A stretch of 64,000 nt of DNA from positions 406,661-470,660 of the forward strand of contig JAHFBF010000001.1 of the NCBI GenBank assembly GCA_023250195.1, written 5' to 3'. The stretch is from Candidatus Melainabacteria bacterium. GTDB lineage: Bacteria; Cyanobacteriota; Vampirovibrionia; 2-02-FULL-35-15. Below, one piece after another: positions 48,071 to 57,545 of the stretch (its first letter is position 1; the number at the start of each line of letters is the position of its first letter). The position numbers and the translations under genes were made by a program. Under the pieces are notes generated by a model, which was given only the letters and a program-made list of their open reading frames with translations, was not told where the DNA came from and ran no database searches.

Positions 48071-48154
48071 ATGTCATTCCCCGGCTTGACCGGGGAATCC
48101 AGAAACTCACACTAATAACTATCTCCTGGATACCCGCTTCCGCGGGTATGACAT
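48071..48154. repeat. compound palindromic element (ATGTCATTCC-hairpin-GGAATCC ... GGATACC-hairpin-GGTATGACAT)
   Basis: Two GC-rich hairpins (CCCCGG-CTTGA-CCGGGG; CCCGC-TTCC-GCGGG) bounded by inverted ATGTCAT/ATGACAT; 19 nt upstream of the flavin-reductase start. Confidence 0.75.
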
Positions 48155-48191
48155 TTTATTGTAATGGACATTTCTACATTACAATTATTAT

Positions 48192-48920
48192 ATGTTCCTT
48201 CAAAAAGATGAATTAAGCAAATTTAACTTTATCTCTACAAAAGAATTTCTTTTAGCACTATTGCTAATGCTAATTACAACAATCTCCTGCTTTATCATTC
48301 TGCCCGTTTTTCTCAAACAGAATTCACTTGTCCAGAAAGATTTTTTTGACTCAAATTACTTTGGAATTATTGTTTTTTTTCTTTCTTCTATATTCACCTT
48401 ATACATTACTTATTTCTTCTGTTGTCAAAGAAAAAACAGACCTTTAAAAGAAGGATTGTTTCTATCTATGCCATCAAACAAAATTTTTCTTATCTCTATT
48501 TTAATTGGAATCCTTATGCCTTTGCTCTCACTGCCAGTAATTTTTAAATTTGCACCAGATGAATTTTACGCAATGGATCTGATTAATACAAAAGCTGGTC
48601 TTCTTTATCTTTTTACATGTGCACTATTCGCTCCGATATTTGAGGAAATCTTTTATCGCGGTTTTATCTTTCCTTTTTTTCAAAGCAAATTAAATAGTTT
48701 CTGGGCCATTATAATCACTGCTTTATTTTTTGGATTTTCACATTTTATGAATATTGGAAATGCTCATATTTTGCTTAGTTTGTTTATTTTTTATGGCTTT
48801 GTTTTAACCTTAATCAGATACTTTTCAAACTCTTTAATCCCTTCCATAATCACCCATTTCGTTCATAATCTGACACTTATGATCAGCTTTTTTATAATGT
48901 CAAAGACTGCTTTAGGTTAA
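48192..48920 (+). CDS. CPBP-family intramembrane metalloprotease (CAAX protease / Abi-like)
   Basis: Conserved motifs FAPIFEEIFYRG (EExxxR), FGFSHFMN (FxxxH) and ITHFVHNL (HxxxN) in a polytopic membrane protein. Confidence 0.8.
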   Translation: MFLQKDELSKFNFISTKEFLLALLLMLITTISCFIILPVFLKQNSLVQKDFFDSNYFGIIVFFLSSIFTLYITYFFCCQRKNRPLKEGLFLSMPSNKIFLISILIGILMPLLSLPVIFKFAPDEFYAMDLINTKAGLLYLFTCALFAPIFEEIFYRGFIFPFFQSKLNSFWAIIITALFFGFSHFMNIGNAHILLSLFIFYGFVLTLIRYFSNSLIPSIITHFVHNLTLMISFFIMSKTALG

Positions 48921-48997
48921 GAAGATTAAGTTATTTTAAGGATTCAATTTCACTAGGAAAGACTTGCTAGGATAAAAATATATTTAAGGAAATTTCA

Positions 48998-50482
48998 TTG
49001 ATACCAACGAGACCAAAATCTTCTGAAGAACCTCGTGCCTATAATAGGCTTGAGTTCCTTGCATTGAGGATAAAACAAGGCTTAAAATCTGAGGCATTAC
49101 CAATAGAACCCGATAAACGAAGAGGATTAGTTGATGATCTTGAGAACCAGTTAAGGTTAGGGAATTACAACTATGCCGTTACAGTTGCACTTCGAGAAAT
49201 GGGTTTAACCAGCAAAGAGCTTCAAATAATTGGCGATACCTATACTCCTCCAGGTCTTTATTCCAAAGTAGAATCATCTAGAATACTTGGTTTTAATGAA
49301 TATAGAGATCCTGATTTATTAAAAGGCAAACCACTTGGTGGATTTAATGTTCAATCCATAACCACTCCATCCGGTGAATGGGCAAGGAAACCTACTCTTA
49401 TTGATGGAAGGACTTGCTTTGATAACAACCTGGAAATAGTAAGGTCTGATCTTTTAATGAGAGAACTTATTCAGAGATATTTACCCAGAATCATTGTTCC
49501 TGATGCATTTGCCCATGTAAGTGATAACTACATTATAAAAGTCTGGTCAAAGATAGTAGAGTCAGAAGAAATTAAACCATTAAACGATTCAGAGGAAGCA
49601 AAAAGAAAAGCAGAGGAAGAAGCACAATCCTTATGTAAAAATTATATGGAAGATTTATCTTTAGCATCTTTTCTTTTTGGAGTAAGAGACTTAAGGAAAG
49701 TTAACATCCGTTGGAAAAATGAGCAACCAGTTTTAGTTGATTTTGGAATGCTTGTTACAGAACCTTACATTTATCCAGTTGCAAAAGCAAAAACACTGAT
49801 AGAATCCGGCGAAACACCTTTCGTAGATCCTGCAGGAGGTAACAGATTAGAACCTTATCTGGCTAGACTGGAACAATGGAAAAGAGAATCCTATAAACCA
49901 GCTGAAATTCGTTCTATGATGCATGATTTAGGTTTTGATACTGCTTCAATTGACAAGTATCTCAAGACTTTATCTAAAAATATTGATTCATCATATGAAA
50001 CTAATATGAAAACTTTTATTGCTTTAGCTAACGGTACATTACCGGAAGACTTTTTAAGTAAACTTGGCTGGAGAGGCAATAAAACCCCAGGAACAAATAT
50101 TACATTTCCATCCCCTATTCCTGAAGAACTAGCTGAAGATAAGGACTTAGTAGCTAAATTGTTAATTGATCAAAGGAAAGAAATTGATTTCCCTAAACAT
50201 GGTCAAATTTTACTTGAAGTAGGTTCAAGTAATTTTGTAATTTTAGAAAAATTGCCTGATAAAGCCGGCTTTAAGATCACCTTTATTAAAGGCAGTGGAA
50301 AAGAAGAACTGGAAGAAGTAATAATTAATAAAGATAATTTCGTAATTGGTAGCAAGACAGGAGACCTTCTAATTGAAAACCAGTCGGTAGCTAGAAAAGG
50401 ACATGTTCAAGTAGAATTTAAAAATAATAGAGTTTTATTAACGCCACTGGATATAGACTATACTACTAAAATTTGGTCCTAA
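48998..50482 (+). CDS. hypothetical protein with protein-kinase-like core signature and FHA-like C-terminal domain
   Basis: TTG start with AAGGA RBS; YIIKVWSK (VAIK-like), VRDLRKVNIRW (catalytic-loop-like), LVDFGM (DFG), VTEPYIYP; C-terminal FVIGSKTGDLLIENQSVARKGHVQVEF...LTPLD resembles an FHA domain. Assignment is by eye only. Confidence 0.35.
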   Translation: MIPTRPKSSEEPRAYNRLEFLALRIKQGLKSEALPIEPDKRRGLVDDLENQLRLGNYNYAVTVALREMGLTSKELQIIGDTYTPPGLYSKVESSRILGFNEYRDPDLLKGKPLGGFNVQSITTPSGEWARKPTLIDGRTCFDNNLEIVRSDLLMRELIQRYLPRIIVPDAFAHVSDNYIIKVWSKIVESEEIKPLNDSEEAKRKAEEEAQSLCKNYMEDLSLASFLFGVRDLRKVNIRWKNEQPVLVDFGMLVTEPYIYPVAKAKTLIESGETPFVDPAGGNRLEPYLARLEQWKRESYKPAEIRSMMHDLGFDTASIDKYLKTLSKNIDSSYETNMKTFIALANGTLPEDFLSKLGWRGNKTPGTNITFPSPIPEELAEDKDLVAKLLIDQRKEIDFPKHGQILLEVGSSNFVILEKLPDKAGFKITFIKGSGKEELEEVIINKDNFVIGSKTGDLLIENQSVARKGHVQVEFKNNRVLLTPLDIDYTTKIWS

Positions 50483-50617
50483 TATTTTAAAATAAAGCGC
50501 CTTCCTTTTAATTTGTTAACTAATTCAAAGCTTTACAATTAATTTAATTGACAGACATCCAACATTAATTCTAAACTTACCTGGTATCTATAGATTTAAA
50601 TTAGAAGGATAAAATCA

Positions 50618-51043
50618 ATGTCTATCTCAGATCTAACAATTTCAGCAAAAATTCCTACCGGAATAAAAAGTCCACCTGGAAGTGTTAAAGAACTACTTCT
50701 TCCTCCAAAAATAAGAGAAAATTCAGTAATCCTGGAAATTAAACCTGATGTAAATTTAACTGGAAATGCATTACACCGTAATAAAAGAATCCTTAAAGCT
50801 GAGATTTTAGAAAAAGCAGGAAAGGCTGATGTTGTGATTTTACAGATTGGTAATGTCGGTATTGATAATGCAGGATATAAATTTTTAATTGATCTCGATA
50901 GAGAGCTAAAGTCAGAAGGCAAAATCTTAATTCTTTTTACTGAAGATGAAGTCTCATTAAAAGGCATGAGTGATTTGCCATTGCCTATTGTAGTTTCTAA
51001 TGTAAAAGATTTAGAAAAAGTAACTTCTTCTTTTGCAGCATAG
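50618..51043 (+). CDS. STAS-domain protein (anti-sigma-factor-antagonist-like)
   Basis: VVILQIGNVGIDNAGYKFLIDLDRELKSEGKILILF matches the STAS fold pattern including a Ser/Ala at the phosphorylation-site position; preferred over the antisense ORF 50596..50967. Confidence 0.5.
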   Translation: MSISDLTISAKIPTGIKSPPGSVKELLLPPKIRENSVILEIKPDVNLTGNALHRNKRILKAEILEKAGKADVVILQIGNVGIDNAGYKFLIDLDRELKSEGKILILFTEDEVSLKGMSDLPLPIVVSNVKDLEKVTSSFAA

Positions 51044-51050
51044 CTTTTAT

Positions 51051-52223
51051 TTAATTTTTGAGCATTTCTCTTGCAATAACCAGTCTTTGGACTTCGCTTG
51101 TCCCTTCACCTATTTCACAAAGTTTTGCATCACGCAAATATCTCTCTACCGGAAATTCTCTTATATAACCATATCCGCCATGTATCTGAATAGCCTTATT
51201 GCAGACTCTCATAGACATTTCTGAAGCGAAAAGTTTTGCCATTGATGCTTCAATCGTAAATGGCTTACCTGCAGCTGCCAAAGATGCTGCCCGATAAACA
51301 AGTAATCTTGCTGCATCAATCTCAGTTTTCATATCTGCAAGCATAAATTTTATAACTTCATGATCTTTTAAAAGTCTTCCAAACGTTTCTCTCTGATGAA
51401 CATATTTAAGTGATTCATCCAACGCTGCCTGTGCAAGCCCCAGAGCTAAAGCTCCAATACCTACACGCCCTTTATCAAGTATCATTAAAGTGTTTATAAA
51501 ACCTTGATTTAATTCTCCAAGTCTTTTTGAATCTGGGATTTGTACATCTTCCAGAATAAGTTCACTGGTATCAGACGATCTCATTCCCATTTTTTCAAGT
51601 TTTTTCCCGGCTTTAAATCCTTTATCACCCTTTTCTACAATAAAAGCAGTTATGCCTTTTTGTTTTTTTAGTGGATCAGTAACTGCCAGAACAACAAAAG
51701 TTTCACCAACCGATCCATTTGTAATAAACATTTTTGTACCATTAAGTACCCAGTTATTTCCATCTTTCTTGGCAGTAGTCTTCATTCCTGCTGCATCTGA
51801 ACCTGAACCAGGCTCAGTCAGTGCCCAGCCTGCAAGTTTTTTTCCACAGGCTAAATCCGGTAAATATTTTTGTTTTTGTTCTTCAGTGCCAAAACGTGCA
51901 ATATGTCCGGAACCAAGTCCATTATGTGCTGCTACAGTAAGTGCAAGTGAGCCATCTCCCCGGGATAATTCTTCTATAACCACTGCAATTGAAAGAGTAT
52001 CAAGTCCTGCACCTCCATACTTTGGATCAATTGCCATCCCCATAATTCCAAGGTTAGACAGTTTTTTAATTGTACTTAAAGGGACTTCTTCTTTTTCATC
52101 CCAATCTTTTGCATAAAGAATAACTTCTTTTTTTACAAAGTCACAAATGGTTTGTTGAAGTAAGAGTTGTTCTTCGCTTAATGAAAAAATCATTGTTTCT
52201 TTTTCTGTTATAGCAGCACTCAT
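51051..52223 (-). CDS. acyl-CoA dehydrogenase
   Basis: ACAD signatures incl. C-terminal QIHGGYGYIREFPVERYLRDAKLCEIGEGTSEVQRLVIAREMLK and the N-terminal ...GGAGLD... region. Confidence 0.9.
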   Translation of the reverse strand: MSAAITEKETMIFSLSEEQLLLQQTICDFVKKEVILYAKDWDEKEEVPLSTIKKLSNLGIMGMAIDPKYGGAGLDTLSIAVVIEELSRGDGSLALTVAAHNGLGSGHIARFGTEEQKQKYLPDLACGKKLAGWALTEPGSGSDAAGMKTTAKKDGNNWVLNGTKMFITNGSVGETFVVLAVTDPLKKQKGITAFIVEKGDKGFKAGKKLEKMGMRSSDTSELILEDVQIPDSKRLGELNQGFINTLMILDKGRVGIGALALGLAQAALDESLKYVHQRETFGRLLKDHEVIKFMLADMKTEIDAARLLVYRAASLAAAGKPFTIEASMAKLFASEMSMRVCNKAIQIHGGYGYIREFPVERYLRDAKLCEIGEGTSEVQRLVIAREMLKN

Positions 52224-52228
52224 TATTA

Positions 52229-52909
52229 TTATTCAGGTACAAAATAAACATCAGTAGGACTAAATTTGGAATTTCTAACAAACTTTGCTTTTACATCCAT
52301 CCCAACCCAGTCAAGATTTGGTTCCTGAGGATCTAATCCAACAATCCTTGTTAAAAAGCAAGTATCAATTCCCTTAAATTCAATCAGTGCAAGAACAAAA
52401 GGAGTTTGTTTTAAAAATGCTTCTGAACCAAAATAACAAACAGTAAAAGTATGAATCTTCCCTTTTTGTGACAACTCAATCCATTTACATTTGGAACCAC
52501 ATTCACTACATGACAAACGTGGCGTTGCAAACTTTGTATGGCATTCTTCACATTCTGTCCCCAGCAATCTTTTATTTGCCAGTCCTGCAAAAAATGGTGA
52601 GTCCTGTCCATAAGAATGAATATAATCAATATGGTACGGTTGCTTGATTATTATAGGACCATAATTTTCTAAATCTTTTAATCTTCTTTCATCCAATTCC
52701 TGGGGGAACGGTACATTAAATAGAATTGTTCCTTCATCATCCTCTGGAATAGCAGTTTTTATAGCGCTCCGCAATTTCTTGAAATCGCTCTGTTTTTCGC
52801 GGCTGATCTCTTTCGACATTCCGGTTTGTCGGAAAGACAGACCTACACTTGTTCCTTGGTCACCATTTTTTCCATTTGTTTCTATTTTTCTTTTTTTTAT
52901 CTTTTGCAT
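52229..52909 (-). CDS. Zn-ribbon/OB-fold (DUF35) protein, thiolase partner
   Basis: CxxC...CxxC zinc ribbon (CEECHTKFATPRLSCSECGS) followed by an OB-fold segment GKIHTFTVCYFG...LALIEFKGIDTCFLTRIVG; adjacent to a thiolase-like gene. Confidence 0.7.
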   Translation of the reverse strand: MQKIKKRKIETNGKNGDQGTSVGLSFRQTGMSKEISREKQSDFKKLRSAIKTAIPEDDEGTILFNVPFPQELDERRLKDLENYGPIIIKQPYHIDYIHSYGQDSPFFAGLANKRLLGTECEECHTKFATPRLSCSECGSKCKWIELSQKGKIHTFTVCYFGSEAFLKQTPFVLALIEFKGIDTCFLTRIVGLDPQEPNLDWVGMDVKAKFVRNSKFSPTDVYFVPE

Positions 52910-52949
52910 TTAATTACCTCTACAGGCAAACACGCTGATTTGCCACTAC

Positions 52950-54263
52950 TTAGCCTTCTCTCTCCAGAATAGAGACTGTCACATATGTACCTGTTCCAGC
53001 ATGGCTGTGAATAATTCCACGTTTTGAATTTTTCACTTGAAGAGTGTCATCTTTGAAATGTTTTTTAATTGAATTTTGTAACTGCCAAAGAGCAAAAACC
53101 CCCTGCATAAGACCTGTTGCTCCAACTGGATGTCCACATGCAATTAATCCACCTGAAGGATTAACAGGACAAATTGTTTTTTGTTTTAATTTTAATCCGT
53201 AATCAACACTTGGCATAAATGTAGCGCCTGACTCTGCAAAATTTCCACCTTCACCATACTTGCAAAGTCCCATATCTTCATAAGTTTGAATTTCACTTGA
53301 TGTATAAGCATCATGCAATTCAACAAAATCAATCTCTTTTAATGGATCTGTGATTTTTGCCATTTCATAAGCCTGTTTGGATGCCATACGCCCTGCTCTA
53401 AACGAATGAACTCCTGGATATTTTAAACCTTTATAATCAGATTCTTTTTCATGAGGAAGTAAGATTACTTTTTTATGCGGTCTGTCTGCCATTCTCATAG
53501 CATCAGTACCACGACCTATCCCTGTAACTTTTACCTTTGGCAAAGACTTCCTGCATGCTTTTTCAATTTTCTTTAATCCTGCTTCACTCGCTAAAAGTAT
53601 ACAAGCAGCTCCGTCACTCATTACACATACATCTCTACGGGTTAGCGGCCATGCAACCATTGGAGAATTTCTCACATCTTTAATCGAAAGTTTTTCCCTC
53701 TTTTGTGCATATGGATTATAAAAAGCATTTGCATGGTTTTTAACCGACACATGTGCAAGCTGTTCCGGAGTAGTCCCAAACTCCTGCATATGGCGTACAA
53801 CCATCATTGCATAATAGCCTGTATAAAAACCACCAACAGGATAATCAAAGCTCACATCAGAAGCAAGTGCAATAAACTCATTACCTTTCCAGGTGTTTAC
53901 ATGTGACATGGTTTCAAACCCAAAAATCAGACATACATCCATATTTCCGGATGCTACACTTTTCCAGCCTTCCTGAAATGAAAGTCCACCGGTAGCACCA
54001 CCACCTTCTACTCTGTGAGATGGTTTTGGGCAGAGCCCTAGATAATCCTGAACCATAGTGGCCCCTTTTAACTGACGTAAAAAGTGATCACTAAAATATG
54101 AAGCGACTGTTCCATCAATTAATTCATATGCCTGTCTTGGTTCAATACCAAGATCTTCAAGTAAAAGTTCATAAGATTCTTTTACTATTGCAGGAAATGT
54201 TTTATCTGGCCTGGCTTTTGCAAATTTACTTATGCCGCCCGCTACTACATATACTGATCTCAT
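52950..54263 (-). CDS. thiolase-like protein (SCP-x-type 3-ketoacyl-CoA thiolase family)
   Basis: Thiolase fold motifs: N-terminal VYVVAGGISKFAK, active-site Cys region VCVMSDGAACILLASE, C-terminal GGLIACGHPVGATG. Confidence 0.8.
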   Translation of the reverse strand: MRSVYVVAGGISKFAKARPDKTFPAIVKESYELLLEDLGIEPRQAYELIDGTVASYFSDHFLRQLKGATMVQDYLGLCPKPSHRVEGGGATGGLSFQEGWKSVASGNMDVCLIFGFETMSHVNTWKGNEFIALASDVSFDYPVGGFYTGYYAMMVVRHMQEFGTTPEQLAHVSVKNHANAFYNPYAQKREKLSIKDVRNSPMVAWPLTRRDVCVMSDGAACILLASEAGLKKIEKACRKSLPKVKVTGIGRGTDAMRMADRPHKKVILLPHEKESDYKGLKYPGVHSFRAGRMASKQAYEMAKITDPLKEIDFVELHDAYTSSEIQTYEDMGLCKYGEGGNFAESGATFMPSVDYGLKLKQKTICPVNPSGGLIACGHPVGATGLMQGVFALWQLQNSIKKHFKDDTLQVKNSKRGIIHSHAGTGTYVTVSILEREG

Positions 54264-54306
54264 AGTTTTTTCATTTTATCACGGCAGAGGTTTACAATAA
54301 TCTTAT

Positions 54307-54927
54307 ATGAACATAACAATCCCTAAAAGCTTTTGGTATGAAGAACTTGATTCCACTATGGATGAAGCTAGAAGATTAATACAAAGTGGAAAAATTAAAG
54401 ACATTGCATATGTAATTGCAAATTCACAGACACAGGGACGGGGAACACGTGGAAGAAAGTGGTCTTCTCCTTCAAACTCAGGAATATATCTGTCAGTTAT
54501 TCACAAACCAGAAGATAAAAAGTTTTTTGAATTAACTACATTATATACACTGGCCTGCGGAATTGCATGTGTAGAGGCAATTAAAGAAATCACTGGCATT
54601 GAAACAAAACTAAAACCAGTAAATGATATTTATTTCAATAATAAAAAACTGGGCGGGATTTTAGTTGAGAGCAGGTTACATAAAAAAGGAATTTCGTTTT
54701 TAATCAGCGGCATAGGAATTAACACACACACAACAAGACATGAACTTGACAGGAATGCAGTAGAACCAATATCTCTTGAAGAGATAATGAAGGAAGAAGA
54801 TTTTGAAAAATTTTCAAAAGAAAAGCTTATTGAAAGTCTTATAAAGAAAACCTGTTTTTGGTATGAAAAAATATTCGACGATAAGCAGTCTTCAATTCAG
54901 AAGAAGTGGGAGAATTATAAGTTATAG
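54307..54927 (+). CDS. biotin--protein ligase catalytic domain protein (BirA-like, no N-terminal HTH)
   Basis: Hallmark SQTQGRGTRGRKWSSPSNSGIYLSV (GRGRxGRxWxSPxGxGLYxS) and KPVNDIYFNNKKLGGILVE. Confidence 0.8.
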   Translation: MNITIPKSFWYEELDSTMDEARRLIQSGKIKDIAYVIANSQTQGRGTRGRKWSSPSNSGIYLSVIHKPEDKKFFELTTLYTLACGIACVEAIKEITGIETKLKPVNDIYFNNKKLGGILVESRLHKKGISFLISGIGINTHTTRHELDRNAVEPISLEEIMKEEDFEKFSKEKLIESLIKKTCFWYEKIFDDKQSSIQKKWENYKL

Positions 54928-55455
54928 ATCTGCTACCAGTTCCACTTTGTTTTTAATCAAATCCTCTACTGTAAAGAATAGAAACCTTGGCGGTTTTAGT
55001 CCAAAGTTACTCATCTCTATATTTAAATAGCCCGTAAATATGATTTTTTTATCTTTTGATCTATTATTTAACTTTACTGTTACTCTTTTTATTTCTCCAT
55101 GAAACAAAACATCTCCCGATAATTCAATAACCTTTACCCCATTTATCTGTATGGGCTTAGTAAGTATTGAAGCAAATTGAAAATCTGGATATTGTTCAAT
55201 GTTTATAAACTTTTTAAATATTGGATTTTTTGATGTGAACTTGGCTTTTAATTCAAGTCTTTCCAGCATTTCCGAGTTTTCACTTAAACCAATTTCACCT
55301 GTCGTCGGTAATGCCTTTCGCTTAAATGGAAATCCAAAACTAGTTAAAGTATAAGTAATCTTACTTTTCTTTTCATCAAGCTGAAAAGTTTTTGCATTAG
55401 CTTCTATGCAACAAATAAAAATGCAAAAAATTGTAAATATTGTTTTCCAAAACAT
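54922..55455 (-). CDS. YceI-like secreted protein
   Basis: Signal peptide; size and beta-rich pattern with VLFHGEIKRVTV resemble the YceI polyisoprenoid-binding family; weak. Confidence 0.4.
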   Translation of the reverse strand: MFWKTIFTIFCIFICCIEANAKTFQLDEKKSKITYTLTSFGFPFKRKALPTTGEIGLSENSEMLERLELKAKFTSKNPIFKKFINIEQYPDFQFASILTKPIQINGVKVIELSGDVLFHGEIKRVTVKLNNRSKDKKIIFTGYLNIEMSNFGLKPPRFLFFTVEDLIKNKVELVADL

Positions 55456-55495
55456 AGGTATAATTTAACTTGAATCAACCCTAAAATCATATCAA

Positions 55496-57004
55496 ATGAA
55501 AGAAACTAAAAAAAACAATAGATTGTTTTGGACTTTTGTTATTGCTTTTTTGATTATTATTTTAATTCCTTTCTGTTTTAAAGATAGATATATCTGCGAA
55601 AATTTGAAACTGAAAGAAGCCATAAGCTGCTTATCTTATAGCGATTTAGTAAACCTTACAAAACAACCAATACCAAATTCACCACTTTACTTTAAACTTC
55701 AAAAACAGTTAAATACTCCTTATATATTTAATAAAACTTTCCTTACCATGTTCTCAGGGCGCGATAAATCGCGCCCATACAATTTTTTACGTCTTGCACA
55801 TTGGAACATACAAAGAGGGTTTAATGTAACTGCAATTAAAACCATCCTAAGCAATAAATACCGGTACTACAATAGTTATAAAAATAATCTGGATAGTTCT
55901 ACACAAAGTGATTTAAAAAAAGAACTGGAAGATATCTCCAGAAGCGATATTATCTCCTTAAATGAAGTCGATGTTGGAATGCCAAGAACCGACTATAAAA
56001 ATATTGCATCTGAAATAGCAATGGCACTTAATTATAATTATGTTTTTGCTACTGAGTTTATAGAATTAAATTCAATAATTTACAAACAAAGGATTAATCC
56101 TGCTCGTTACCTGGGTTTACATGGAAATGCAATTATTTCCAGATACCCAATTAAATCTGCTCGTATAATCAGGCTTCCTGAATACTATAAGTGGTACGAA
56201 GCTGAGATTCAAAAGAAATCTATGCTAGAAAGTGTCCGTCGAGTTGGTGCAAAAGGAGCATTTAGTGAAAATATTACAAAAAATGAGGTACGGCGTGGGG
56301 GGCGAAATGCCCTTATTGCAGATATAGAACTGCCAAATAAAGAAATTATTACAGTGGTTTCAACACATCTTGAAGACAGATGCTTCCCTGACAAACGTTT
56401 TCAGCAATTTGAATATTTACTTTCAAACTTAAGAACTTTAAGGAGATCTGTTGTACTTGCCGGTGATTTTAATACCACTACTACAGACTCAGCCCCTGCA
56501 TCATTGAAGAAAGAACTTGTAAAAAGGATTAGAGATCCTCACTATCTTACCCGTCAGGCAGTTTTAGCAATAATTCCTATAGGTGGCATACCAGGAGTAG
56601 TCAATCTTGCTTCTTTTGGCTTAAGCAAATTAATTCAATACAAAGATCCTACTGCACCAAGTATTCCAATATTTCTTCCAAACCAGGAGAAAAAATTTTT
56701 TAACTATTTAAAAGATTTCCGTTTTACTGATGGTGAAGTCTTTGATATAAGTGGAGATAGAAGTTCAAATGGTAAAAGAGGATTGCTTGCAAGCTCAAAC
56801 GAAAGACAACTAAAAGGTTTCGAAAGTACATTTAAATTCATAGAACCGCGAGTTATTGCATATTATAAGCTTGACTGGTTTTTTGTAAAACCAAAAGGAA
56901 ACAGGTTCAAACCCTTTAACGGTCAAACATTACAACTGATTAACCATGTATATCCTGGAAGAGTTTCTGATCATGAGCCTATTATTGTAGATTTAAATTT
57001 ATAG
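55496..57004 (+). CDS. endonuclease/exonuclease/phosphatase (EEP) family protein
   Basis: EEP motifs LRLAHWNIQRG, GLHGNAIISRYPI, VVSTHLEDR, VLAGDFNT, SDHEPIIVDL; N-terminal TM anchor; contains in-frame palindrome at 55757..55776. Confidence 0.8.
   Translation: MKETKKNNRLFWTFVIAFLIIILIPFCFKDRYICENLKLKEAISCLSYSDLVNLTKQPIPNSPLYFKLQKQLNTPYIFNKTFLTMFSGRDKSRPYNFLRLAHWNIQRGFNVTAIKTILSNKYRYYNSYKNNLDSSTQSDLKKELEDISRSDIISLNEVDVGMPRTDYKNIASEIAMALNYNYVFATEFIELNSIIYKQRINPARYLGLHGNAIISRYPIKSARIIRLPEYYKWYEAEIQKKSMLESVRRVGAKGAFSENITKNEVRRGGRNALIADIELPNKEIITVVSTHLEDRCFPDKRFQQFEYLLSNLRTLRRSVVLAGDFNTTTTDSAPASLKKELVKRIRDPHYLTRQAVLAIIPIGGIPGVVNLASFGLSKLIQYKDPTAPSIPIFLPNQEKKFFNYLKDFRFTDGEVFDISGDRSSNGKRGLLASSNERQLKGFESTFKFIEPRVIAYYKLDWFFVKPKGNRFKPFNGQTLQLINHVYPGRVSDHEPIIVDLNL
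55757..55776. repeat. GC-rich palindrome GGGCGCGATAAATCGCGCCC inside the EEP-family CDS
   Basis: Translated as ...SGRDKSRP...; shares the 16-bp core GCGCGATAAATCGCGC with the intergenic palindrome at 20482..20507. Confidence 0.8.
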
Positions 57005-57088
57005 ATTTTTGTTGCAACAAAAATAAAATCTTTATTAAGACCAGAAAGACAATTTTCTTATGGAGTTATAATCAAAACAACTTTTTAG

Positions 57089-57544
57089 ATGGTTTCGTGG
57101 GATGGGGGAACATACATGAGTATTACTGCTGATTTAAATAGAGTCAAAACTAGATTAGGTCCTAATCAAAGACATGACACTTATGTTGGTGTCAAAGAAA
57201 GAGGCTCACAAAGGCATTTTTCAATTACACCAACAAATATAGGTCCTGGAAATAATGTCAATGTAGAGGTAACTTCAGGTCCTGTTTTCTTTTTTGGCGA
57301 TTTATATAATGCAGTAAGTGGTGAAAGAAAGCCTTTAGAAAGAATAAAGACATCGATTGCTTCCCCAGCTGTTTTCAGAGCACCGCTTAAAATCGGAGAC
57401 TCCGTAATTCTTAATAAGAGAGGTGAGGATTCCAATCCTGATGAAGTAGCTCCTGAAGAAGACGTAGTTCAGTATGATTTTTGTGGTGTAGAAGGCAATG
57501 AAGCTCTTTTTACTATTGCCTCAAGACGATATACTATTGATTAA
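57089..57544 (+). CDS. hypothetical protein
   Basis: ORF only; no recognisable motif. Confidence 0.3.
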   Translation: MVSWDGGTYMSITADLNRVKTRLGPNQRHDTYVGVKERGSQRHFSITPTNIGPGNNVNVEVTSGPVFFFGDLYNAVSGERKPLERIKTSIASPAVFRAPLKIGDSVILNKRGEDSNPDEVAPEEDVVQYDFCGVEGNEALFTIASRRYTID

Positions 57545-57545
57545 T

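Noticed and set aside
50596-50967. Minus-strand ORF 50596..50967
   Set aside because: Overlaps the plus-strand STAS-domain frame, which has recognisable fold-level motifs; the minus-strand product has none.
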